NCBI GenBank assembly: GCA_964646345.1 | Contig: CAZYDU010000001.1 | Span: 12,583-76,582, forward strand | Length of the DNA: 64,000 bases | Reading direction: 5' to 3' | Source of the DNA: an uncultured Lachnospiraceae bacterium | Lineage (GTDB): Bacteria > Bacillota > Clostridia > Christensenellales > UBA1242 | Part shown: piece by piece, positions 30,533 through 38,134 of the stretch | Numbering within the stretch: position 1 is the stretch's first letter | Layout: every line of letters starts with the position of its first letter | The notes under the pieces: model-generated | The model's input: the letters and a program-made list of their open reading frames with translations, nothing else | Database searches by the model: none | What the model was told of the DNA's origin: nothing | Translations under genes and position numbers: made by a program

Positions 30533-32019
30533 TTAAACTTTCATTATTTCACTACTTTTTAGTTGATTCACATCATGTGAATAATTTAAATATTCAAATA
30601 ATCGATTTGATTGATTTTTTTTCAAATAGTTATTTTCACTAAAAAATTGCTCTATCTTCAACAATAAATTTGCATCTTTGATAAAATAATGTCCATTCTT
30701 TATTAAATTATAATAATCAAATAAAACTGTTTCATCAATTTTACCCTGATTGTTTAATTGTGTAAGAATATCATATGTTGATTGATTATAAAAAGTTTCC
30801 AATTCATCATCCGACATATTTATAAACATTTTTAAATCGTTAGATAACAAATCAACCTGCTCTTTACCAACTAATCCACTTTTTAGATATCTTTTTAAAA
30901 TGGTAATTTGATAAAATAATAATGTATTCTTTTCTTGCAACAAATACAGGCCTGAATAGTCACGTATATTTATTGCAATAGCCCTATCTGCCGCACACTT
31001 ATTTACCTTTCGCACTATTCTGTCCCGTTCAAAATAATTCATGTTTAAAAAAGAATAACTAACAGGGTCTTTATAAAGTTTTTCTAATATTTCTAACTTT
31101 GAATGCTTGTAAATATTTGGCATATTTTCCAACTGATAATTTCCCCAAGTTGAAATATTGCCTGCATAATTTATAAGAAAATCTAATCCATATTCACCTA
31201 AACTATCTCTATAAATTGAAAAATTATTCATCGGGCTACTATTAATATCTTTCTCAAACACATCAAAAGCTCTTTTTACTAAATTTTTATCATTCAAATT
31301 TACATTAAGATTTGGATAAAACATTTTCGATACTTCTATATCAAAAGATAAACCATTTTTAGTCTTGCCTATGTATTTTTTATTTTTAATTATTTCTTTA
31401 ATTGAAACATTATTAGCTAATTTTGAAAAAATCGTTTCATCATTTTCCATTGTATGGAATTTTACTTGAAAGTTCTTCAACTTCGAATAATTTTCATCGA
31501 AATAATCAATAATATTCTCAATATTTGAAAAATTAACATTTTTATTGTGAAACTTATCCACTGATAAACGCAATATAACATTTACATCATTATTTCTTGC
31601 AATCTTTTCATTATATATGGTATTTATAATTTCAAAAGTCTGTTCTTTATTATCAGCCCAATATCCACTAGTAACAATTATAATATTATCAGTTTTAACG
31701 GTTCTTACTAACCTTATTAATTGTTCAAAATTCTCAAATGGTTCACCGCCACCAGATATTTCCAAAGTTTCCAAATTAACAAAATTTAGAAATTCAACCA
31801 ATTTTTCAGTTCCACGTTTTGAAAATTCATTCATTTCAGAATTATATTCAACGTTTCTTTTTTTGACTGAAAAAAACAAAAAGGACATTCTACAGGACAA
31901 AATTTCGTTAGAAAAACAACCGCCATAGACTTGCCCCTATAATAAGAAGGTTTATCTATTTTTACTTTTTTATTAATTTCTTCTATATATTTTTGTGGAT
32001 AATCAAATATATTTTTCAC
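30533..32019 (-). CDS. radical SAM protein with a long Cys-poor C-terminal region. The frame is interrupted at an A7 run (needs a -1 shift; pseudogene, slippage or homopolymer error).
   Basis: ORF 31831..32019 carries LTKFCPVECPFCFF (CxxxCxxC). ORF 30533..31900, in the -1 frame, carries ISGGGEPF about 40 aa later. The frames join at TCAAAAAAAG (31858-31864). The GTG start overlaps the NUDIX stop (GTGA). Confidence 0.7.
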
Positions 32020-32432
32020 AATTTTGTCCCTATTATTTTTAATATCCTTTCATAAACATCAGGATATGTTGTATTATTTGGAAATTTTTCAAATAATTTA
32101 ATTTCGGCCATTTCATAATTTGGCAAAGATTCCAATTTATTAATATTCGCATAAAATAAGGCACTATATTGAATGGGACTCATATTATAATTCGCAAGAT
32201 AACCTAATAGTTTAAATTCATCACAAATAGCTCCGGATTCTTCAAATAATTCCCTTCTAGCAGCTTCTACCATAGTTTCATTTTTTTCAATATGCCCACC
32301 AACTATTTCATAAGTACTTCTTTCTTTGTGTCTACAAAAAACCCACTTATCCTTATACCTTGCTAAAACCAAAACTATTGAAATATTCTTAGTTTTTAAA
32401 TTATTATAATATCTAATGTTTCGAACACTCAT
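32016..32432 (-). CDS. NUDIX hydrolase
   Basis: Nudix box GGHIEKNETMVEAARRELFEESG. Start set at the ATG (MSVRNIRYY) 8 nt after GGTGG. Confidence 0.8.
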   Translation of the reverse strand: MSVRNIRYYNNLKTKNISIVLVLARYKDKWVFCRHKERSTYEIVGGHIEKNETMVEAARRELFEESGAICDEFKLLGYLANYNMSPIQYSALFYANINKLESLPNYEMAEIKLFEKFPNNTTYPDVYERILKIIGTKL

Positions 32433-32468
32433 ATTAATTACCACCAACCATGTTAATTATAATAACTA

Positions 32469-32572
32469 ATTCTCATAATAATAAAATAAACCAAATAAAC
32501 ATTAAAGTCAATAAATTTGCAATACGTGAAGAATTAAAGTAATTTAGACTACTTAAAAAAATAAAAAGACTA
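32469..32572. repeat. 104-bp direct repeat, distal copy
   Basis: Identical to 30384-30487. Here the ruvC start is followed by a 7-codon stub (MRISYYN*) and then the NUDIX gene. Confidence 0.95.
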
Positions 32573-32593
32573 AACAATAAATTTAGTCTTTTT
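32563..32593 (-). terminator. rho-independent terminator after the zeta-like gene
   Basis: Stem AAAAAGACTAAA (32563-32574) / TTTAGTCTTTTT (32582-32593). The 5' arm lies inside the 104-bp repeat. Confidence 0.65.
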
Positions 32594-32608
32594 CAAGTTT
32601 GTTATTTT

Positions 32609-33568
32609 TTATTGAAATTGTTTTGTGTTTTTTATAACATTGCAAACATCTTCAAATTGGTTTACATGTGCTGAAATTGCACCCCTTTTTTCCATTTGAG
32701 TTTTCACTTTAGCTATCCTTTCGTCAGCTTCTTGCATTGTTAAATCTCTATCTTCATCAACTGCTTCTCTATATTCAGCAAGAAGTATAGATTTATCATC
32801 TGTTATAAATATTGGTTCTGGTAATTCTTCTTCATTACCAGTAATCACTGCTCTTTTTAATAAATTTATACTAACTTCTGGGTGATTTATAAGCAAATCT
32901 TTAATAACAATTTCAACTGCCTTAAATGATTCTCTTGCACGATTAAAATCAGTTAATTTTGGAGATTGCATATTTGATTCAATCTGACCCTCGAAACGTT
33001 CATGTATAGAAAGAAGACTATTTTCTTCCGAAACTGCTAAAATATAAGCTTCAATATCATAACCAAAACGTGCAAGTTCTTCAAAATTAATATTAAACAA
33101 AAGTTCATTTGGAGATGGAGCGACTTCTATTAGAATATTATATCCTTTTTGTAACGCTTCTGCATAAACTTCATCTCTATGCAAATAAGCATCAAGTCCT
33201 GTTAAATGACCATAATATTGTGGATACTTTTCTTTTATTTCGTCCTTGTTTGGATTAAAAGCCTTAAATTCATCAGAGTCAATGATGATTGTATTGCTGT
33301 TATTTTTATAAATAGCTGTTGTTAAGTTGCTTTTTCCAGCCCCAGTTTGTGCAATAACCAAAAATGCTTTTGGTCTCTCAACTGCACGGTCGACAGGTTT
33401 CTTATTCTTAAAACAATTATCCCTAATCTGTTGCAAGACTCTATAATGTTCTTCTTCACTTAAAGCATAATCTAACATAAGCTGTGCAACTTCTGGCTTG
33501 ATTTTTGGCGAAATTCTTGGTTTCAAAAATTCAATATATTCTGGGCTTTTCATGTTTTTTTGTTCCAT
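32609..33568 (-). CDS. zeta/PezT-like toxin family P-loop kinase
   Basis: Walker A AQTGAGKSN, then IIIDSDEFKAFNP and GYNILIEVAP, laid out as in zeta toxins. 319 aa with about 60 extra C-terminal residues. Confidence 0.72.
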   Translation of the reverse strand: MEQKNMKSPEYIEFLKPRISPKIKPEVAQLMLDYALSEEEHYRVLQQIRDNCFKNKKPVDRAVERPKAFLVIAQTGAGKSNLTTAIYKNNSNTIIIDSDEFKAFNPNKDEIKEKYPQYYGHLTGLDAYLHRDEVYAEALQKGYNILIEVAPSPNELLFNINFEELARFGYDIEAYILAVSEENSLLSIHERFEGQIESNMQSPKLTDFNRARESFKAVEIVIKDLLINHPEVSINLLKRAVITGNEEELPEPIFITDDKSILLAEYREAVDEDRDLTMQEADERIAKVKTQMEKRGAISAHVNQFEDVCNVIKNTKQFQ

Positions 33569-33780
33569 TATTTCACCCCTTTATTTGTGTTTAACACAAA
33601 ATCTATTGCTCTCATATTACCCCTGAAAATAAGCTCTTTTTCATTGAAAGCCTCGTTAAGTTCTTGATTGTATAGCTCAACTTCATACTCGTTTTTTGCT
33701 GAGTCTAATTTGTTGTAAATATCAGCAATTTTTTCCGTTATAATCTGAATTGCTATTTCTAGTTTGACATGACTTACCAT
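33568..33780 (-). CDS. putative antitoxin (small helical protein, epsilon/PezA-position)
   Basis: 70 aa ORF. Its stop overlaps the toxin start (TAATG), and the RBS for the toxin lies inside its 3' end. It sits behind a strong promoter. Called by context only. Confidence 0.5.
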   Translation of the reverse strand: MVSHVKLEIAIQIITEKIADIYNKLDSAKNEYEVELYNQELNEAFNEKELIFRGNMRAIDFVLNTNKGVK

Positions 33781-33808
33781 TACAATTCTCCTAAAATTTT
33801 CTAATTAT

Positions 33809-33838
33809 ATTATATTAGAAAAGCCTCAAATTTGTCAA
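33809..33838 (-). promoter_or_regulatory. sigma-A type promoter for the antitoxin/toxin operon
   Basis: Minus strand: TTGACA (33838-33833), N18, TATAAT (33814-33809). AGGAGA RBS before the ATG at 33780. Confidence 0.55.
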
Positions 33839-33988
33839 CATTGTAGCATATATTAAATATAAATTACTATAATGACTAAAACTTATGACAACAATCTTAA
33901 TTTAATTTTTCTAATAATAACCGATAGTTACCATATTTTACATTTAGTACTCAATAAAGATACACTAGCTTTGAAATTTTATATTCTG

Positions 33989-34732
33989 TTACTTGTAAGT
34001 TTCTTCGAGTTCATGTTGAATTTCTTCTGCACGAGCAATTTGCTCATTCAAATTCCATTTACCAATATTTTTGCCGTCTCGTAAAAACATTGAACCACAT
34101 TGATGAAAATAAAATTCAATATTTCGTTCTTTTGCTTCCAAAAACAAATCCCTAACCCATTCAAATCTAATTGGACGAACTTCGTTTTGTGGAGCCATTT
34201 CGCCTCCAACATTTACACACTTAATTAAACCAGTGTCTAAATATTTTCCAAGTTTTATTGGACCAATTAGCGGAGAACAAAAAACTTCTCTATGTTTTAC
34301 TGGTGCTTTCAAAAAATGTTGTAGACGAATATCAGCCATCTCTTGATTTTCTATTGAAATACTAATATGTACATGATCCCAACCATCGCCCCAATCTGAC
34401 GGAACACACTCTGCAATTCTTTCTGGTCTTTTCGTGGTTGTAACAAAAATGCAATCCTTTCTTCTGCGAATAAAATTCCAACATTCCTCACGCCACTCAT
34501 CTGCTTCTTCAATAAAAAAATCCGAAGAAAAGCACAACTTAACCAATGAATTTGGTGGACAATCTTTATCTTTCAATTCAAAAGTCGTTTTTCCTTTCGT
34601 TATAATGGTCGTATCTCTACCATATCTTTTATCCATTTTATAAACAAAACAATTCTTACAACCAGCACTAGCTTTTTTGCAACCATGCCAAGGGTTCCAA
34701 GGAATTGCTTTCCCAATTTTATCATTTTGCAT
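33989..34732 (-). CDS. DUF5131 / phage Gp37-Gp68 family protein
   Basis: N-terminal IPWNPWHGCKKASAGCKNCF signature, SSDFF, TTTKRPERI, VGGEM..RP, FYFHQCG. Collinear with the Gp37/Gp68 family. Confidence 0.8.
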   Translation of the reverse strand: MQNDKIGKAIPWNPWHGCKKASAGCKNCFVYKMDKRYGRDTTIITKGKTTFELKDKDCPPNSLVKLCFSSDFFIEEADEWREECWNFIRRRKDCIFVTTTKRPERIAECVPSDWGDGWDHVHISISIENQEMADIRLQHFLKAPVKHREVFCSPLIGPIKLGKYLDTGLIKCVNVGGEMAPQNEVRPIRFEWVRDLFLEAKERNIEFYFHQCGSMFLRDGKNIGKWNLNEQIARAEEIQHELEETYK

Positions 34733-34807
34733 AATATATTACCCCCATTAAAAAAGAGCTTGCTTATTGCAAATTACAATAATTTCAAGCTATCTTTTAC
34801 TTATATT

Positions 34808-35545
34808 TTATTCATCTAAAATAGAAAGGTCGGCACTTGTGTAAACATTTTGAACATCGTCCAAATCCTCAAGAGCTAAAACTAGTTTATTTACAGAAAT
34901 TGCTGAGTCTTTATCAAGTGCGATTTGGTTTTGTGGAACATATTCAACTTCACTTGAAACAAGTTCATAGTTTGCAGTTTCACAAGCCTTTGCTACTTCA
35001 TGCAAATTTTCAGGACTTGTGATAATTTCGAAGCATTCATCATCAACAATAACATCATCTGCACCATTATCCAAAGCAACCATCATAACATCATCTTCAG
35101 TTATACCATCTTTCTTATTAATGATGATTATACCTTTATAATCAAACATATATGTTACACTTCCGCTAGTTCCAAGTGAACCATTATATTTATCAAATAA
35201 GTGTCTAACATCTGCAGCGGTTCTATTTCTGTTATCAGTCAAGCATTCAACGATAAAAGCAACACCATGTGAACCATATCCTTCATAAGTGATTGCATCG
35301 TAGTTTCCACCATCTTCACCACCACTAGCCTTCTTGATTGACCTTTGAATATTATCGTTTGGCATGTTGTTTTGCTTAGCTTTTTGAATAACATCATAAA
35401 GTTTGCTATTAATGTTAGGGTCAGGGCCACCCAACTTAACTGCAACAGCAATTTCACGACCTATTTTTGTAAAGATTTTTCCCCTAGCAGCATCAGCTTT
35501 GTTTTTTGTAGCTTGAATGTTGTGCCATTTTGAGTGTCCGCTCAT
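34808..35545 (-). CDS. yebC: YebC/PmpR family DNA-binding transcriptional regulator / translation factor
   Basis: MSGHSKWHNIQ start. 245 aa. Confidence 0.95.
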   Translation of the reverse strand: MSGHSKWHNIQATKNKADAARGKIFTKIGREIAVAVKLGGPDPNINSKLYDVIQKAKQNNMPNDNIQRSIKKASGGEDGGNYDAITYEGYGSHGVAFIVECLTDNRNRTAADVRHLFDKYNGSLGTSGSVTYMFDYKGIIIINKKDGITEDDVMMVALDNGADDVIVDDECFEIITSPENLHEVAKACETANYELVSSEVEYVPQNQIALDKDSAISVNKLVLALEDLDDVQNVYTSADLSILDE

Positions 35546-35612
35546 AAAATTTCCCCCTAAATTAATTTACTTTTCTATTATATACATTTCTTTTGAATTA
35601 ATCAATTATTTT

Positions 35613-36386
35613 TTATATATCTTTTCCAAGCAAGGTGTACATCAAAACACTTGCGGAAATTCCAGCATTTAATGATTCCATTAATGGTTTCATTGGAAGC
35701 GAGATAATTCTTCCATGAGTTTTAAAATATTCACTAACTCCTTGACCTTCATTACCAATAACTAAGGCAAAGTTTTTGTTTTCAATTTTGCTATTAAAAA
35801 TGTTTTCGCCTGCCATATCAGCAACCAAAAGCTCAATATTATGATTTTTGCAAAAGCTAGCAATTTCATTTTCGGATAGTCTGAAAATATCCAAATAAAA
35901 CACCCCGCCCGATGAACTTCTAATAACTTTTGGTGCATATGCATCAGTACAATCTATTAAAACTATAGTTTTTATTCCGACTGCAGTGGCTGTTCTAATA
36001 ATTGTGCCCATGTTTCCAGGGTCTTGAATACGGTCTAATATTAAAATTGGCTGGTTTAATTCAGGAGCAAACTCGCCTGTTTCATTCATATAAACTTCTG
36101 CTATAATTCCTTGTGGTGTATTGTTTTCTGATAAACTCGCCATTACTTTGGCAGTTATCGGTACAACTCTACCATCGAACTTTTTTAGAATGTAATCGAA
36201 TTCTGATAGTTTTGTGCTATCGACAAAAATTTTATCCGCAACACCTGCACCGCAAACAATTTCACGCACAAGTTTTTCGCCATCAACCAAAAACTTACCT
36301 AGTTCCCTTCTAAATTTTTTATCATTTAAGCTTCTGGCTTCTTTTATCATTTTATTATCAGTGCTTGAGATAATTTCACCTACCAT
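35613..36386 (-). CDS. TrmH/SpoU family RNA 2'-O-methyltransferase
   Basis: GNEGQGVS and ESLNAGISASVLMY SPOUT motifs. Start set at the ATG 6 nt after AAGGAG. Confidence 0.8.
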   Translation of the reverse strand: MVGEIISSTDNKMIKEARSLNDKKFRRELGKFLVDGEKLVREIVCGAGVADKIFVDSTKLSEFDYILKKFDGRVVPITAKVMASLSENNTPQGIIAEVYMNETGEFAPELNQPILILDRIQDPGNMGTIIRTATAVGIKTIVLIDCTDAYAPKVIRSSSGGVFYLDIFRLSENEIASFCKNHNIELLVADMAGENIFNSKIENKNFALVIGNEGQGVSEYFKTHGRIISLPMKPLMESLNAGISASVLMYTLLGKDI

Positions 36387-36410
36387 AATTTGCTCCTTGA
36401 TTTTTTCAAA

Positions 36411-36441
36411 CAAAAAAGCTTAACACATTTGTATTAAGCTT
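36411..36441 (-). terminator. rho-independent terminator after rplT
   Basis: Stem AGCTTAA (36417-36423) / TTAAGCT (36434-36440), with a T6 run on the minus strand. Confidence 0.65.
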
Positions 36442-36447
36442 TAAAAA

Positions 36448-36804
36448 CTATTTTGCAAGTGCATTTTTTGCTTGTTCGCAAACTTTAGCAAAAGCTGGTT
36501 TATCAGAAACTGCAAGGTCAGCAAGAACTTTTCTATTAAGTTCAATATTAGCAAGCTTCAAACCATGAATTAAATTGCTGTAAGAAAGTCCATTAACTCT
36601 TGCTTCAGCGTTAATTCTAACATTCCAAAGACGTCTGAAATCTCTCTTTTTATCACGTCTTGCAACATATGCATAGTTACCACTTTTCATAACTGCTTCA
36701 CGAGCAACTCTGTAAAGCTTAGATTTAGCACCATAGTAACCTTTAGCTGATTTTAAAATTTTAGCACGTTTTTTGTGTGCATTTACTGCTCTTTTAACTC
36801 TCAT
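36448..36804 (-). CDS. rplT: 50S ribosomal protein L20
   Basis: [18 protein letters not shown]... 118 aa. Confidence 0.98.
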   Translation of the reverse strand: MRVKRAVNAHKKRAKILKSAKGYYGAKSKLYRVAREAVMKSGNYAYVARRDKKRDFRRLWNVRINAEARVNGLSYSNLIHGLKLANIELNRKVLADLAVSDKPAFAKVCEQAKNALAK

Positions 36805-36822
36805 TTATCCGTCCCCCTTACC

Positions 36823-37023
36823 TTAGTCTTGATTTCCTACAAGATTTCTAACTGTCTTGATTTGTTTACCTTCAACATAAGCACCTTGTCTTAATGCTCT
36901 TTTTCTACCTGTTTCTTTGTGAGCAAGTAAGTGTCTTTTGTTTTGGCGTCCTCTTTTTACGTTACCGCTAGCGAGAACAATAAATCTTTTTTTAGCGGCT
37001 GAACTGTTTTTTTGTTTTGGCAT
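36823..37023 (-). CDS. rpmI: 50S ribosomal protein L35
   Basis: [14 protein letters not shown]... 66 aa. Confidence 0.97.
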   Translation of the reverse strand: MPKQKNSSAAKKRFIVLASGNVKRGRQNKRHLLAHKETGRKRALRQGAYVEGKQIKTVRNLVGNQD

Positions 37024-37067
37024 AATAAAATTCCTCCTAATACCTACTAAATTCTAGTTTTATATGG

Positions 37068-37595
37068 TTATTTCTTTGCGGTTTTTGGAGCTAAAATCAT
37101 AATGATATTTCTTCCTTCAACCTTAGCTTCTTTTTCAATAACTGCAATTTCTGATAAACTTTCAGCAAACTTGTTTTCTGTTTCAATACCTCTTTCAAAG
37201 TAAGCCTGTTGCCTGCCACTCATACGGATTGAAACCTTAACTTTGTCGCCATTGTTTAAGAATTTCACAGCATTTTTTGCTTTAATGTCAATGTCATGTT
37301 GTTCGATTGTCATTGAAAGCTGAACTTCTTTTAGCTCAACAATTTTTTGATTTTTTCTTTGTTCTTTTTCTCTTTTTGTTTTGTCAAAAAGATATTTTCC
37401 GTAGTCCATAATTCTGCAAACCGGTGGAACTGCACTTGGAGAGATTTTAACCAAATCTAATCCTTCCTTGTCTGCGATTTCTTGAGCTTCCCTTGAACTC
37501 ATAATGCCAAGTTGCTCGCCATTTGAACCAATAACTCTGATTTCAGGGTCACGAATTGCTGAGTTAATTTGGGTTTCTTGTTGCTTAACTGCCAT
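37068..37595 (-). CDS. infC: translation initiation factor IF-3
   Basis: INSAIRDPEIRVIGSNGEQLGIMS... 175 aa. First gene of the infC-rpmI-rplT operon. Confidence 0.97.
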   Translation of the reverse strand: MAVKQQETQINSAIRDPEIRVIGSNGEQLGIMSSREAQEIADKEGLDLVKISPSAVPPVCRIMDYGKYLFDKTKREKEQRKNQKIVELKEVQLSMTIEQHDIDIKAKNAVKFLNNGDKVKVSIRMSGRQQAYFERGIETENKFAESLSEIAVIEKEAKVEGRNIIMILAPKTAKK

Positions 37596-37803
37596 ATTAC
37601 TCCTATAAATTTTATTTCAAGTTTTCTTTTTACAAGAAAAAATGAGTGGTTTACGAAGAAATCCACTCACTATATATAATAAACCAAATTCATAGTGCGA
37701 GAAACTAAGTCTCGCCAAGACATCTGGGTTTATGCATTATATATTTGACCTACTCAAAATCTTTCATTTGGAAGGTGGAAAGTGTTCTTTCTCTTCAATA
37801 AAC
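37596..37803 (-). promoter_or_regulatory. infC operon leader with terminator-type attenuator (candidate L20 leader)
   Basis: About 200-nt untranslated leader. Hairpin GCGAGAC..GTCTCGC near 37698-37716. Attenuator GAGTGG (37644-37649) / CCACTC (37663-37668) followed by T6 on the minus strand just before the infC RBS. L20-mediated attenuation is known for this operon in Bacillus. Confidence 0.45.
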
Positions 37804-37809
37804 GAGCAT

Positions 37810-37838
37810 ATTTTATCACACCCGAGAATCTTTGTCAA
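37810..37838 (-). promoter_or_regulatory. sigma-A type promoter of the infC operon
   Basis: Minus strand: TTGACA (37838-37833), N17, TAAAAT (37815-37810). Confidence 0.5.
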
Positions 37839-37897
37839 CAGTTTTGATAAAGTTTTTTTATTGACTTTTACGCGAATACTACACCCAACTTTCTCAT

Positions 37898-38051
37898 TGT
37901 CATTTCGAGCGAAACGTAGTGTAGTCGAGAAATCCCCTTTCTCGGAGACGTTACACATTTTCATACGGATAGTTCAGGGAGATCTCTCCACGCAGTCACT
38001 TCGCTCCTTTGGTCGAGATGACAAGGCAAGACAAAACGGTCGAGATGGCAC
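37898..38051. repeat. dispersed palindromic-module repeat, locus 3 (A - linker - inverted B - partial B)
   Basis: TGTCATTTCGAGCGAAACGTAGTGTAGTCGAGAAATCCCC..CATACGGATAGTTCA..GATCTCTCCACGCAGTCACTTCGCTCCTTTGGTCGAGATGACA, plus GGTCGAGATGGCAC. Confidence 0.85.
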
Positions 38052-38134
38052 AAAAATAAGTGCTCTTGTCCCAATTCGAAAGACTTGGTATTGACTAGTT
38101 TTACTGCTACTTTTCAATGTCAATGTGTTTAAAC

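Noticed and set aside
31831-32019. 62-aa ORF as an independent small gene
   Set aside because: It contains only the radical-SAM CxxxCxxC segment and overlaps the 455-aa ORF that supplies the rest of the fold. It is treated as the N-terminal part of one interrupted gene.
30384-32572. Interpreting the 104-bp direct repeats as IS/transposon ends or a prophage att site
   Set aside because: There is no transposase, integrase or recombinase between or beside them and no terminal inverted repeats. The repeat is native ruvC upstream sequence rather than element-borne sequence. It is reported instead as a homology-mediated cassette insertion.
33872-34084. 70-aa plus-strand ORF in the spacer between the toxin-antitoxin promoter and DUF5131
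   Set aside because: It overlaps the 3' end of the DUF5131 gene, has no RBS and shows low-complexity hydrophobic composition. The region is better explained as the intergenic promoter region of the minus-strand toxin-antitoxin operon.
37732-38094. 120-aa plus-strand ORF between infC and thrS (and the antisense ORF 37764..37964)
   Set aside because: It spans the infC promoter/leader and repeat locus 3 (SFRAKRSVVEKSP...SLRSFGRDD). It lies on the opposite strand to every neighbour and has no RBS.
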